Both the position numbers and the translations under genes were made by a program. Source: the human T2T-CHM13v2.0 reference genome, Homo sapiens. Taken from it: a DNA stretch of 64,000 nt. Below the pieces are notes generated by a model. That model had not been told where the DNA came from. It did no database searches and saw only the letters and a list, made by a program, of their open reading frames with translations. Positions 30,425 to 44,839 of this stretch are shown here, piece by piece. The DNA lies in assembly GCA_009914755.4 (NCBI GenBank), contig CP068257.2, positions 26,816,001 through 26,880,000 of the forward strand, read 5' to 3'. How positions within the stretch are numbered: the stretch's first letter is position 1; every line of letters begins with the position of its first letter.

Positions 30425-30696
30425 TTGGTCATAACATGCCTGTTACAAAGCCAGTTTAGTAATTCCTATTAAGTAAATTTTGTCCTATTATATTTTTTTT
30501 CCAAAAGTATTGAGTTAGGAGTGCTTACAAAGGGGAAGTCCTAAACCATATCGAGCTTGTCCTCATAACATGCCTCTTACAAAGCCAGTTTGGTAATTCC
30601 TATTAAGTAAATTTTGTCCTAATTTTTTTTTCCAAAAGTATTGAGTTAGGAGTGCTTACAAAGGGGAAGTCCTAAACCATGACAAGCTTGTCCTCC
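30425..30696. repeat. Local tandem duplication, ~131 bp x 2 (plus ~9 bp of a third unit)
   Basis: Copy 1 (~30425-30556): cttggtcataacatgcctgttacaaagccagtttagtaattcctattaagtaaattttgtcctattatattttttttccaaaagtattgagttaggagtgcttacaaaggggaagtcctaaaccatatcgag. Copy 2 (~30557-30687): cttgtcctcataacatgcctcttacaaagccagtttggtaattcctattaagtaaattttgtcctaatttttttttccaaaagtattgagttaggagtgcttacaaaggggaagtcctaaaccatgacaag. The array then continues cttgtcctc. Identity is above 95 percent. Confidence 0.88.
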
Positions 30697-31678
30697 AGGG
30701 GCCTGAGGTCAGGAGGTCAGATATCCGTATCTTTTTCTTTTCCCATGTATGGCCATCACATTCCAAAAGTCAATATAATAGAGTAACAAGAGAAAATCTG
30801 AATCTTTGCCTGGAAATAATTCAGATCTCTAGTTTTTCTCCAAATTCTTAAGTTTAAATCTCTCAAACAATAAAACAATGCAATGAGTCATATGGAACCC
30901 TTTATTAAACTCTGACAAATCAAATCATCAATCCATTTTAAATTCCACACTTTTCAACTTTGAAGTAATTAAAATATTCCCTTGAGATGAAAGATTTGAA
31001 AACATAATTCAATAGGAAACTTGTGACAGAAAAAAAGGATCTGTTTTATAGATTAGGTGATTGCTGAAAACAGTTTTCTAAAATTATTGCATATGCATTT
31101 ATTTGGAATTGTTGCGTCTTGGAATCACAAAGTGGGGTGGCCCAAAAAAATCTGTCTAAATGTGAAGATCAGCATTCTAAATAGCCCTACTTTGAGAGTA
31201 AATGAGATTGGCACATCAACACTCAATAACTATAACATGGATTGCAAAATACTGAAAGACAGAAAAGAAAAACCCTCTGGAAATGCTATCTTCCACCACC
31301 CTCTCCTACACATATACAGACAAGATGTTTTCCATTTTTTTTAAATACAGGAAACATTTGTGGGACAAATGTAGAATAGGAAGAATTGAATCAGGCTCCG
31401 AAGTCAGCTAAACTTGAAATAAATCAGAATTTAAGGTCACAGATACCTTTGCCCTGTTTCTTCCTGTCTGCTTGTCATTTCTCAAAGCCTAATACAAAAA
31501 CTACAGCCTTCCATGACCTTTACTTCTTCTGAATTGCAATTTTATTGATTGTTGGAACCAATCATTGTTTCCTTTTATTGATAGACATTTTAATTCATAT
31601 ACATATATGTTTTGGAGAAAAGAAGATAAATGTCTTCAAACATTGGGTCTGGATTTCCCATATTAAAACTAGATTGAC

Positions 31679-31979
<301 letters not shown>

Positions 31980-33226
31980 CACACTAGATTGACTTCTGTT
32001 ATTATTCGAAAGAACTCAATTCAAATAGTAAGAGAAGATTAGATTAAATAACGCATTTTAAATGAAAGACTGTGGCTGAAATGATTGACAAGAATCAATC
32101 ACATGTCAATTCATGCAGCCAGTCTGTTAAGGTGTCTCTTTGTACATGACAGAATTCCTCCCTAGCAACTATTGGGACTAAAATCAGTTTCAAGATGGCC
32201 ACTGTCTTCCCCTCAAAGCTTTATTGTCAAGAGTTTGACCACAGCTCATGTGTGTACTCTACTGTTGAGATTTCATATCCCAGGGAAACCCAGATTCAAT
32301 ATTGAAGAAACTTTCTCAGAAAGGCAGAGTTGAACCCAGTATGTGTTATAAAACAAGCTTCCAAGCTGCCAACCTTCCCTTGGCTAAATGTTCTTACATA
32401 ACTGTGGGTTTATGACTTGACACCATCTCATTCTATGCTCTCTAGACAATTGGAATAAAGCAGGGAAAATTACGTCAGACAAAACCATATGATGTACTTA
32501 CTTCATATGTCATAGTGTTAAAGTAGACATCCCACTCTAAATGGACTCTTCAGAGCAGCCTGGAACATCACCACCTCCCCTTCATTATACTGTGCAGTGC
32601 ACCATTATTATTAAGCCAGTTTGTTCTCTTTGCCTCCCTTCCTGTTTCCCTCCCTCCCTTTTCGTGAAGCAAAATTATACACGTAACACTTTCACAAATG
32701 TTAAAAACAGAGCTATGGGTTTTGTGATTTTTCTGGCATTGCTTCATACCACCAATCATTCCTTCTCTCCAAACTTGATGAAATCATAATGATTCATAAG
32801 CTTTGGTTGGAATGGTTGTATGATATACTCTTGTAGAGGCAATAAGCCTATTACATTACTCAGATAAATCGGTTTAAAAATAATAGAATAGTTGCACCCT
32901 TAAGTAAATCTAATGTGTCAGAGGCTCATACAAAATTTTGGTCATATTTGACATAATTAAAATTAAGCCAGCATGAATGCATTGAGCTTAAGAAGTAACA
33001 GTCTCTCTGTCCCTGGAGGTGAACAAGAAGAATTAGATGAGGAATCTATCAAGCCTGTTTTGAATAAGAGGTGACACTCTAAACTTGGCATCCTCAAATT
33101 TCATGAAGCCCAGATTCTAACACAGAGAATAAAACAACTAGAAAGAAAGATTGAAAGGTGAGAAATCCGAAGTAAAATAATTTAATTTTAAGGGGTCAGA
33201 TTAAAAAAATGCATATCAAAGGATCA

Positions 33227-33584
<358 letters not shown>

Positions 33585-33905
33585 TTATATTCTGAGGTGA
33601 AAGAAAACTTAGAAGTTACATAATTCAGTCCTTACATTGCACAGATAGAAAACTCAAGCAAGGCAAACACAATGTCTTACCTGAGGACATCAGTTATGAG
33701 TAAGAACAGAGATGCAACCCAGAGCATGCCAATCCCAGTATAATTCACTCTCTACCACATGAAGGAAGATTCCCACACATCGATAAAGTTTTCCAAACAT
33801 CATGGACAGATGGCACAGTTATAGAAAGGTAATGATTATTCAGTTTCATGAATGCTATCAGCATCTTTCTATTTAATTGGAAATGTCCTAAAATTTATTA
33901 ATTAA

Positions 33906-34334
<429 letters not shown>

Positions 34335-37300
34335 TGAACACCATTTTTTGTCATCCACCAAAAAGTGAAACAGAAAAACATGTTGTTTTCACTATGTCGA
34401 GATGGTGCCACCAACAAAAGGAATCACAATTCCGGTTTCTTCCTAACAACACTCAGTGTCTACTGTTGATTATTCATTACTTGGCACAAAAGAAACATGC
34501 AACATTTCTTCTCACTCTCAAGAATAAATAGCTTTGAGCAGAGAACACAGTGTATCGTACAAAATGTCACTACATTCTAACTGGAAACCATGTGATCCCG
34601 ACATTTGCTGCTGTCCCATCGTCTCTTTGCTAGTGCCATGTCCAAAATTTACAATCTGCGGAGAATATTTAGAGTCCAGAAATTTATTCCAGTGACACTC
34701 TGGTGGTGAGATTCTAGAGTTCTCACAAAACGAAATTTGTCATCATTGGAAAGCTTGCCAGCACCCAGAATGCAAGTATCCATGCAACTATGAGAAGGAA
34801 CATAGGGTTGGTCATAGGGCAGCAAGGACAAGATCCTAGGAATGTAAGAACTACAAAAATAAACGAAACCCATAATCTATCTGCCTACATACCACCCTTC
34901 TCACTGTAGCACCAAATAGAGTAAGAGAATTGTGAATAAGGAGATGAGTAAACTTGGCACAAGTAAACATTTGATTCTTGCCCTTCTCACTGCTTGATGC
35001 CCAGGCCAGTTGGCCAAGCTCAGAAATATTTCCTTCTGCACCTACCATTTTGCCCATCTTTTGTTCCTTTTCCTACAGAGCAGCAGATCTCCTTGTTAGG
35101 AGAAGGAATTCCCTTAGGAGACTTCATCTGAAAACACAAGTGGCTTGGGGTGACGCTTAGCATGCTCACCCAGCCAGAGGCATTTTATATCTTAAAATGA
35201 GAACTTGTTGATCTATAGGAATGAATTGCTAATGCTGAGATTTTGGCTGCACATCTTGGGGTTCAAAAGGCCTCTCAGCACTTTGTAAATTTTGTTAGAT
35301 GAGCTTCCACTCTTAGCTCTAGCGTGGAGCCAAAAAGTAGAAATCTCACGACTTTAGATTCAGGACACTGTGGGGCTGGTTCTGGTTCCTCAGAGTGAAA
35401 GTCAAGCAAATCACCACCTCTCCTTCATTTAAGAAATAAGATTCATCTAAGAAATAAGATTTAGAATACCTACCTGAAAACCCATTCTTGGAGATTGTTA
35501 GGCTAATATGTATGTATTTTTAAAACATTAAAGTTATCAAAAATTATTATTTTTTTCACGGATGTCAATCATAAGACAAATACCTCCTAATGATTCCAGC
35601 TTTTCAGAGGATTCTTCTAAAGTCGGTGTTGGCAAACTTTTTTCTGCAAAAATCACTTTGGATTTGCAGACTAGTCTCTGTAAACTATAAAACTTCTGTT
35701 GTAAGGAGAAAGCAGCCATAGGCAATATGTAATGGAATAAGCTTGGCTACATTTGGCCCACAGGTCCTAGATTGCCAATCCCTGATCTGTAGAACAAACT
35801 ACCAAAATAGGGATATACATTCATTAGAACTACGGAGCAGCTGAGACATCTATTTTGAAACTAGTCATTCATTTTTTCCACCTATTAGAACAAAAAATAT
35901 ACCTCCCAGTACCTGTTTCCTTGACTTAACCCTAGCTACCACACAAACTGGTTGCCCAACAAGCAGCCCATAAAACAAACAGTACAAATAATATATATTC
36001 TTAAATGAATGCCATATATTCTCCACCCCATGATCCTACAAGATTGCTGGCAGGCTCGAGTGGTGCCAAAATGCCCGTGGTAGACCTGCTGGAGAAATGG
36101 CTTCCTCATTGACTCCCTTCGCATCCTCTCTCAGGTTCAGTGCCCTCATAGATTTGGACAAAGTGTGATAGAATTGGTTGTCATAGTAGCTGAGTGTTTC
36201 TCCAGATTTTCTCTGGAAGCGTAAGCCAGGATTCTCAGGAGTGCTGTTTGTTTCCTTGACTTGGGAGGAGGGATTTTCCCTCCCTCATGCCTAGGCATCA
36301 GTCTGCACACCCCCAGGCTTACGCACAGCATCCAACATGTGGGTGAAAGGAGGCTGAGAGTGGGAGGACATGGAATCTGAGCAATGAACTGTGTCGCCTC
36401 GAGCTGCTCTCTTTGTTGGCATTCAGTGGGAAGGCTGATGCTAGGAGGGGCAACTTCATCAAAATATTGCATGCTCCTCTAAGGGCAGGGGCAGGGGCTA
36501 TATCCCTAGGAGCTAGGTTAGTGACTGGCTCAATACATATTTGCTGAATGAATGAATAATGGAAAGAAGCAATCAATCAATCAATGAACAAATGCAGGAA
36601 TAGTCCAGACTCAGAGAGACAGTGAGTTGAATACCTTGAAGGGCATTTTTGTTATGCATAGGCATGATTTTTGACAGACTAATTCAACACATCTGCTTGT
36701 TGGTTTGCTGTTTGGGAATGAGATTTTGAAAAAGGCTGAGTATAAGAGATAGTATGAATTATACTCTCTTTCTGTGATTATTCTCTCTGTGATTGCACTA
36801 TTAACCCAAGCCAATAAATAGTAACCTTCTAATTTATTCATTATTCCTACTGTTGAAATTATGACAAGACTCCAACATAACAGCTTCTCTCTATCATCAT
36901 TTTGGACAAGCTGAACATTCTTTAGAAGCATATGGGTATGTGAGTGTGGGCCTGTGGTGCGTGGTGTTGGGGAAGGATCCTGGAGGCCTGGAAAAAGTAA
37001 TACTCTCAAACTCAAAAAGCAAATTGCACCTATTTCAGCAAATTGGAAATTGATGGTGTGTAACTCTGAAGGCCCAGCAGTAGCTATTATTTCCATCCAG
37101 GCTATTATTAACTGGTAATATTTTCTCTAGTAAACATTCAATTACTATAGCAACAGGAGCCATGTCACATGGACCAAAAAGCTCCCTGACTTTGCCAGAG
37201 AAATGGATGGTGTTTCGAAGGCATTTTAGAAAATGGAAAGAGGCCTGCCAAAGACGATATTTTTTAAGTACTACACTGAATTTTTACTTGAGATAAAAGA

Positions 37301-38442
37301 AAGAAGAAAACTCTGATAAAGTGGAAACTGAAGACTTCTTATAACCCCTGCTTCTATATACTGTATCTAGTGTCTTCCCAGCAAGCATAGAAGTTCCTTT
37401 CCTCCCATCTAAGCCAAATGCTCCACTGTGTTCTCAGTGAGATCCCATGCCTCCATTGCAGGTACTGATTCACAATGCCAAGTATGACTTCTAAATCCTC
37501 TAGCTTCAATTTCTTCCCCCTCTACATCTCCCCAACAATACACATCTGTATTGATATGCAGCATGCATATAAACAAATAAACAAATCATAAGAATACATA
37601 CAGCTCAATAAACTATTTCAAAGTAAACGCACCTATGTAACCAGTACATGGTTAAAAAATTGAGTGTGACAACACACAGAAAGTCTTCCTATAGCCTATA
37701 TAATAGTCTTCTCACACTAAAGGAAACCACTATGAATTAGTTTTCTTTGTGTATGAAATGTATATAAATAGACTTGTATAGTCTGTACTTAGTCTAGCTT
37801 CATCCATCCAAAGATTTAGTCAATAGAATCATCCATGTCATTGCACGCAATAGAAGGCAGTTGTTTCATTGCTGTGTTAGCTTCCTAGGGCTTCTGTCAT
37901 AGTTCTGCAAACTGAGTGGCTTACAAAACAGAGATGTATTTTCTTACAGTTCTAAACCTTCAATTACCATATCAACAGGAGTCACCTTGGTAGCTAGAGG
38001 TCTGAGATCAGGCTGTCAGCAGAGTGGGTTTCTTCTGAGGGGTAATGATGTTAAGAGCACTACATGATCAACTTTTCTAAAGTCTCCATGTCCCAGTTTT
38101 CCCATCTCTAAAATTGGAGATCATAATATCTCCTCAGCAGATAGCTTTGCAACTGCTTTTAGGAGTAAATGAGATTATCCGTGTCTGGCACACATTAATA
38201 AAACAAATAATTATTGTTGCTGTTATTATGTTGTCATTACAATTTTTTAACAAGGCCCCATCTCAGGTACCAAATGCAAAATACCAGCAGTTTATAAGAA
38301 GCCAATTATAAAGTGCTGAAATTAAAAATCACATTGCAGTATCACGGAAAACAATAATCCTTAAGTTGTAGGCCACAAGCAAACACTAAATGTTTTTGTT
38401 CCTTTTTATATCAACCTGTCCTTTAAGAAAAAGGCTAAGAAC

Positions 38443-38806
<364 letters not shown>

Positions 38807-39462
38807 TTATTATGTTGCTTTCGCAACTGAAGAAACTGGGTCACATGGAAGTTCAGTGATTTGAGTGTCAATTTGGAGTCTGTGGAAGATCAGCTGCTAC
38901 TAGAATCCATTCTTTCCCTACAAGTGTGGTTCACAGATCTAAAGTAAACTGACTTTACTCCTTTCTTTGATGATTATACACAGCTTGATTGGAAAGTTAC
39001 ACTATAATTTCACAGTGATTACATGCCCTTGAATATCATTTTGTAAGTAAATGTTTTGAAACCAAACATAATCACTGTTATACAACCATAACCCTTTTTC
39101 TTATGCCATATTCTCCACCAAGAATTTAACCAAGCTAAAGTTACACTTCAGACTCTGAGTAGCTGGCTCTGGGCTCTACTCTGTGTTTCTGGAACTCCAA
39201 TTCCACTGGGCTATCTGGAGATGAATTACTGCTCTTTGGCTTCGGGGATAACCTTTATCCTTTCAACTGCAGGGCACGTACACAAAAAGCTGCACTGTGC
39301 TGTCAACATGAGTGCTGTCAAATATAGTATGTTAAGATGAATCAGAACAGAGGCTTTGCGTAGTAAGACATTCAAAAGTGAAATAGCCTATCCAGACGCC
39401 TGGAAACATACTCCTACAATCTGGACATCATGAAGCTCCTCCTCTCTTTTAAGAAATTTCCT

Positions 39463-39700
39463 CCAGCCTGGGCGACATAGCAAGAATGTCTACAAAAAAA
39501 CAAACAAACAAAATCAGCCAGGCATGGTGGTACATGTCTGTACTCCCAGCTACTTGGGGGGCTGAGGCAGGAGCATCACTTGAGCCCAGGAGTTCGAGCT
39601 TACAGTAAGTCATCATCACGAGCCATGGCACTTCAGCCTGGGAGACAGAGTCTCACTCTGTCTCAAAAAATAAATAAGTAAAAATAAATAAATAAATAAA
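39463..39700 (+). mobile_element. 5'-truncated old Alu (AluJ-like), from mid-element through the right monomer, with an (AAAT)-rich tail
   Basis: ccagcctgggcgacatagcaagaatgtctacaaaaaaacaaacaaacaaaatcagccaggcatggtggtacatgtctgtactcccagctacttggggggctgaggcaggagcatcacttgagcccaggagttcgagcttacagtaagtcatcatcacgagccatggcacttcagcctgggagacagagtctcactctgtctcaaaaaataaataagtaaaaataaataaataaataaa matches AluJ CCAGCCTGGGCAACATAGCGAGACCCCGTCTCTACAAAAAATACAAAAATTAGCCGGGCGTGGTGG... Confidence 0.78.
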
Positions 39701-41902
39701 CTTCCTAATTGCTTGGCCAGTTTGTCTCCAGAAACTCCAGAAAGTTGTCTCCAAATTCAAGTGTTCTCCACTCTAGGTTAGTAACTCAGAGATACCCCTA
39801 CCTAGTAACTCTTGAGGGCAGCTCATAACCTTGGCATTCCTTAGTTCTCTATTTGACCAATAAAGCAATAAACCACAGTATTAATTCCCTTTTTCTAGAT
39901 TATCTACAGTTCCTGCATTTTCAAATCTGTTGAAATTTTTATAAAGAATGATAAAAATTTGCCCATGTATAGACCTATTCCCACTCTCATCTCAGGGCCA
40001 TGATTTCCTTGTGGCACCCTCTCGTACCCAATTCTAACCTGTCTTGGAGGGTCAATCACGGTGTTTGCTTTTATAGACCAGGAATGGATGTGTAAACCAC
40101 AATAAATTAATCAGAGTCTTTTGGGATTTGGGAATTTGGAGAAGAACAGAAGCTCTGGTAAAAACACAACTTAATTATTTTAACTGCTATTAACTAAACA
40201 GATCTTTCAATCTGAATTTCCCGGAGCTAGCCTGGTTCCTAGCCTCTTTCAAACCATAATCTCCAGATTTCCCGTCTGTGACCTATTTAGTACTCTGCAG
40301 TAATCAGTTGTGTTACTTTTATCTAAATAAATTGGATCAATACTGAGTCTCTCTCTTTTTCCCTGAAATGTCTGTAAGCACAGCTAGGAAGAAGTTTTTA
40401 CACCACCACCAAGTGCTACTCTACGTAAGTTCCCTCAGTACATAGAGACATTTATACAAATTAGATCCTAAGAACAGACTTCAGGGCCTATGGCTTATCA
40501 TGTTGCAATGAATTCTAATAACAACCTCCAATAATGACTGCTACGTTTTAGAAAAAGAACTGCGTATCAAACAAATCTATCTGCAGATCAACATATAAAC
40601 TCAGAACATATCTGCATCCATATTCCTTTATGCATTGAGTCACTCAGTCTGGATACCTGAGGACTTTAAGTACTTAACAATGGTGAGAATGTGTTTTTCC
40701 CTCATAAGTAAGTCACAATAAAATGCGATTTACTTTTAACATAACTAGCCAGAAACTTAACTCTTAAATGGAGAAATCATCATATTGGGGTTTTGGTGGT
40801 TTTACCTTTGTTCTTTCTGGGGAAAATTCTAGGCTATGAGTTTTTTCTGATATGTGAACTGTGGATGGGGTATACAGTCTGGCAGAAAAGGTCAAATATG
40901 GGTCTTCTCTTGGTATTACTGGTTATTACCCAATTTTTAGGGTCTCCTTCTCTTGTACACTGCAGGAAAAGAGGACCACAGGTATGTTTTTGTTGTTAGC
41001 ATCATAAATTCTTAAATTTGGAAAGGACTACAAAAGTCATGTTATTCTATAAGTCAAGCCATATTGCAATCTTGAGTTTTATTCAAAGTCAAGTTATTTT
41101 GTTCTTCATCGTACATCATAAGCTATATTTATGTCTAAGGTGAAAACTGAGCCAATTAATCAGGTAATATAGGCCTAAAACACAGGTCAAGGAAATACTC
41201 AAAAAGTAAGAGTGATGGGAGCTTTCAGGAATTATGGAGATGACTTCAAATCTTCATTTTACAAAGCACATCAGGGATCACATGCAGAACACAGTAAGTG
41301 AACTGGCCATGTCCTGTCTGAAGTAGGACATAAAGAAAGATGAACAACCAATGTCAGTGGGATGCCATTTGTGTTGTCATTTGTAACAATTAAAACATCA
41401 AGATTTAGCTACAGCTTGTCACTTAACTTAGCATGGACCCCTGTGTCACCTTTTAAATATTTAAGCATAAATTTTACAAAATATAATGGACAAGCCTATG
41501 AGACTGAGTAAATTATTTTTTTCCTCTACATCCAACAGTTTATGGATTTAGTTTAGAAAAAACTGAATAGACTGCTGACAATACTTTATCACTAAAACTT
41601 GTAATATGTTCATGCATTTATTAGAAGTTAAGATTTATATCAGATTAACCTTTGTTTGCCTTTTAGATTGTTTTATCTAACAGGGCTTTAAATTTATGAA
41701 TTCACTTGTATGTTATATTTTATAAGTATATTATTTCTATATCATATTCTTGCATTTTAAATTGTCTTTGAACTAATATTTCTACTTTAATTTTCTTGCG
41801 AATATGATCTAAAGAAGGCATTTAAGGAATTGAAGAAAATATGTCAGAAAGTGCTAACCAAACCATTAAGAAAATTTTATTAGATCAACAGTAGAGACCA
41901 CT

Positions 41903-42644
41903 GTAAAAACTGACAATATAAATTGGAGTTATCTTGCCATACCCTACTAAATTGGAGTTAAGAGGCCAGGGGAGAAAAAAACATTCGGGGCACAAAGCAC
42001 CCGCCCAAAGACTGTCTCTAAAGCCAGCTGCCAAAATGACCTGCTATAACCTTAAAATAAGTTTTACCTTGTAGCTGCTAAAATGAACTGCCATGAATCT
42101 AAGGCTAGTTTTTTTTTTTTGTTATTTCATTTTGTTTTTAATTTTTACTTTTTAATACTGAATTTTTGTGGGTACATATAGTAGCATATATGTTTATGGG
42201 GTACATGAGATGCTCTGATAAAAGCATGCAATGCATAAGAGTCACATCATGGAGAATGAGGCATCCATCCCCTCAAACATTTATCCTTTGTGTTACAAAT
42301 CAGCCAATTATATATACTCTTTTAGTAATTTTTAAGTGCACAATTATGACTAACTGTAGTTACCCTATTGTGTTAGGAAGAATGAATAAGATTTAAGACT
42401 CGTTTTAGCCAGTCACCATTTACACTCTCACTCACCAGTTTGCCAGCTCCCAAAACCTTCTCTAGTGCCAATTAGTTTTCTTTCAAAACAATACACATTT
42501 TTTTCTAATAAAACCCCCAGTCTTTTCCTTGTTCTTCAAACACAGAGAACATCACCCCAGTCTATATGTATGCCTCAAATTGCAATTCTGTTTTCCCAAA
42601 TTAAATCTTTTGTTTAGAGATTCATCTTTATACTTTTATTTGAC
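41903..42644 (+). repeat. Copy 1 of an unclassified ~462-bp interspersed repeat (possibly an LTR), interrupted by a ~286-bp retroelement insertion at 42110-42395
   Basis: It aligns over its whole length, at about 75-80 percent identity, with 49499-49960 (for example ccataccctactaaattggagttaagag vs ccataccctactcaattagagtcaagag, and gccagctgccaaaatgacctgctataaccttaaaataagttttaccttgtagctgctaaaatgaactgccatgaatctaaggctagt vs accagctgctgaaatgaattgctacaacattaagaccagtttcacctagtagctgctgaaataaactaccatgactctaagactagt). With the insert removed, copy 1 is the same length as copy 2 (~462 bp). Confidence 0.55.
42110..42395 (-). mobile_element. Short 5'-truncated retroelement insertion, probably an L1 3'-UTR fragment of an older L1P/L1M type, minus strand, with the poly-A tail read as a 13-nt poly-T
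   Basis: This stretch is present in copy 1 of the ~462-bp repeat and absent from copy 2. It begins with t13 and contains tgtgggtacatatagtagcatatatgtttatggggtacatgagatgctctgataaaagcatgcaatgcataagagtcacatcatggagaatgaggcatccatcccctcaaacatttatcctttgtgttacaaatcagccaattatatatactcttttagtaatttttaagtgcacaattatgactaactgtagttaccctattgtgttag, a block I recognise as a common L1-associated 3'-end segment. A degenerate TSD taaggctagt / taagactcgt flanks the insert. Confidence 0.45.
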
Positions 42645-42874
42645 TCTTTCATACTTGACGTTAGAAGCAGAGTCTGAAGTAGACTCACCTCAGAGAGATT
42701 AGTAAGCCCTGGAACTGGGTCACATGGTACCCACACTCTGGCCCCTTCCGCCTCCCCACTGCTTCCTCAGGGTACCCCTTTCCCCCCAGTGAGTCTCTCT
42801 TGCATCAAACTCTCATTTTTCTTTCGGTTGAGTTCTTCACGGATTTGTTTAAGAGTCTTTCCCCCATCCTATCT

Positions 42875-42998
42875 ATGAGGCCTTCTGCTTATGAGGGATT
42901 TTCTACCTGCTGGACATAAGGCCTCCTGTTTATGAGGGATTTTGTCCATCCTGGTTATGAGGTCTTCTGTTTAGGAGGGATTATATTCCCCTCCTGTT
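42875..42998. repeat. 41-bp minisatellite x 3
   Basis: atgaggccttctgcttatgagggattttctacctgctggac / ataaggcctcctgtttatgagggattttgtccatcctggtt / atgaggtcttctgtttaggagggattatattcccctcctgtt. Confidence 0.82.
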
Positions 42999-43741
42999 AA
43001 AGAAAGCTTGTCTTTCCTGATGAGTACAAACTTTATCTTTCAGTTCATTTGCGCGCTCGGATTTTATTTTGGCTTTGTGTAGTTGGCATTAAACTGAATC
43101 ACCTAAATGAGTTTATTTACAGTTTGGGCTCTCAAGGTTGAAACGCATGGCAAGATAGATTCCCCGTTCTGGAACTCCAGCTGGTGACATGTTATGGGGA
43201 TTATTCAAACAGTTTGTTTTTCTTAGAAATAAACTAAAAGACCATTGCTATAAAATCATACAGTCCAAACAGGGCACATATCTCATTCGGTATCTTAAGG
43301 CTCCAAAATGCATTCAGGACTCAAAGATTACCTTGCTGCAAAATGCTGTCTCAAAGCTAAGTGAGGCTCTTTCCTCCCCAGGCCCTTTCCCTCTCCTTCT
43401 ATACCTCCTCCTCTTTCTCCTTCTCTAAGCTAAACTCTCTTTTTTTCTGAAACTCCTCAGCTATTCTGGCATATTGACTAAGTTAAGTCTGTTGAAAAGT
43501 AGTAGATACCAAAAAAAATTATTTTGACCTTCATGCTGTTTCTTAAAAGCAAAAGATGAAATTCCCAAGTAAAGATACCCTCTCTATACTAGAAAGAAAG
43601 GTGACACTCTTATCTTCAAAAACAAGGAATTGAAACCAAGAGAACACTGTACAGACTTTGTCAGTAAAACTCTTATCTTTTAAGTCTCCTCATGTAATTC
43701 AGTCACATTTTTACAATTAACTGTTCTTTGTCCAACCCAGC

Positions 43742-44094
43742 TGTATTAGTCTGTTCTCATGCTGCTAATAAAGACATATCCAAGACTGGGTAGTTATAAA
43801 GGAAAGAGGTTTAATTGACTCACAGTTCTACATAGCTGGGGAGGCCTCAGGAAACTTACAATCCTGGTGGAAGGGAAAGCAAACACATCCTTCATGTGGC
43901 AGCAGCAAGGAGAAGTGCAGAGCAAAAAGGGAAAAGCCATCAGATCTCCTGAGAACTCACTATCATGAGAACAGGACGGGGAGAACCACCCCCCATGAAT
44001 CAATTATCTCTACCTGGCCCCTGCCACAACACATGGGGATTATGGGAACTATAATTCAAGATGAGATTAGGGTGGACACAGCAAAACCATATCA
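43742..44094 (-). mobile_element. Solo MaLR LTR of THE1/MST type, minus strand
   Basis: tgtattagtctgttctcatgctgctaataaagacatatccaagactgggtagttataaaggaaagaggtttaattgactcacagttctacatagctggggaggcctcaggaaacttacaatc ... ccacaacacatggggattatgggaactataattcaagatgagattagggtggacacagcaaaaccatatca is the reverse complement of the THE1 consensus (TGATATGGTTTGGCTGTGTCCCCACCCAAATCTCATCTTGAATTGTAGCTCCCATAATTCCCACGTGTTGTGG ... TAAATTACCCAGTCTCGGGTATGTCTTTATTAGCAGTGTGAGAACGGACTAATACA). Confidence 0.8.
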
Positions 44095-44295
44095 CTAGCC
44101 TTCATAGGCTTATTAGGACAAATAAAAAATCTGAAAGTTTAGCTTTATTCATTTTGTCAGAACTATAATTTGGCTCCAACTGTCTTCATATAAGCTAATA
44201 AATTTCTAATACTATATTTTACTCATTACTAATTTTTTTAATGAAAACTGTCATTTCTTCACCTGTATGTTTTTACAATTTTTAAATTATATAGA

Positions 44296-44360
44296 AAGAT
44301 AGATGATAGATAGATAGATAGACAGATAGATAATAGATGGATAGACAGAGAGATAGATGA
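44296..44360. repeat. (GATA)n tetranucleotide microsatellite, imperfect
   Basis: gatagatgatagatagatagatagacagatagataatagatggatagacagagagatagatga. Confidence 0.85.
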
Positions 44361-44548
44361 CATTTTATTACCAAATTATTTCAAAGAGCTCTATTAAAGG
44401 GAAAAATAAGTCCTTAAATGAAGTACATTAGAAATATAAAAATTAACCCAAATGTCTTTTAGGTCATATGATATAAGTAAATTTTTGATAAACATGCTGA
44501 TTTTAAATATATTGATAAAATTAAAATGAAGATTTCTAAGAATTCTTA

Positions 44549-44797
44549 GTGTGTGTATACATATATATGTATATATACACACTAACTAGTGTATATATAC
44601 ACTAATTGTTAGTGTGTGTTTATGTATATAGTGTGTGTATATATACACTAATTGTTAGTGTGTGTATGTATATAGTGTGTGTGTATATATACACTAATTG
44701 TTAGTGTGTGTGTATGTATATAATGTGTGTGTATATATGTATATATATACACTAATTGTTAATGTGTGTGTATGTATATAGTGTGTGTGTATATATA
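44549..44797. repeat. VNTR-like minisatellite, ~45-48 bp unit x ~5 (tatatatacactaattgttagtgtgtgtatgtatatagtgtgtgtg)
   Basis: There are five successive occurrences of ...tatatacactaattgttagtgtgtgt(g)tatgtatata(g/a)tgtgtgtg..., with unit-to-unit variation in the (GT)n and (TA)n sub-tracts. Confidence 0.88.
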
Positions 44798-44839
44798 GCC
44801 TGGATTTGCTGGCCAGACAGGGTTATGTTTGTCTCTGCT

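Noticed and set aside
34990-35110. Polypyrimidine tract followed by cag (ttttgttccttttcctacag|agcagcag), which looks like a splice acceptor
   Set aside because: The downstream sequence has stops in all frames within ~60 nt, and there is no supporting donor or conservation evidence. Acceptor-like motifs are common by chance.
36611-37096. 161-aa ORF on the minus strand
   Set aside because: The peptide has no recognisable motif and the region is AT-rich unique sequence. Nothing supports it as an exon.
44549-44797. Regular ~46-bp repeats that could superficially suggest a CRISPR-like array
   Set aside because: The units are contiguous, with no unique spacers. They are built from TA and GT microsatellite motifs, and the surrounding DNA is unmistakably primate (Alu, L1). 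This is a eukaryotic VNTR.
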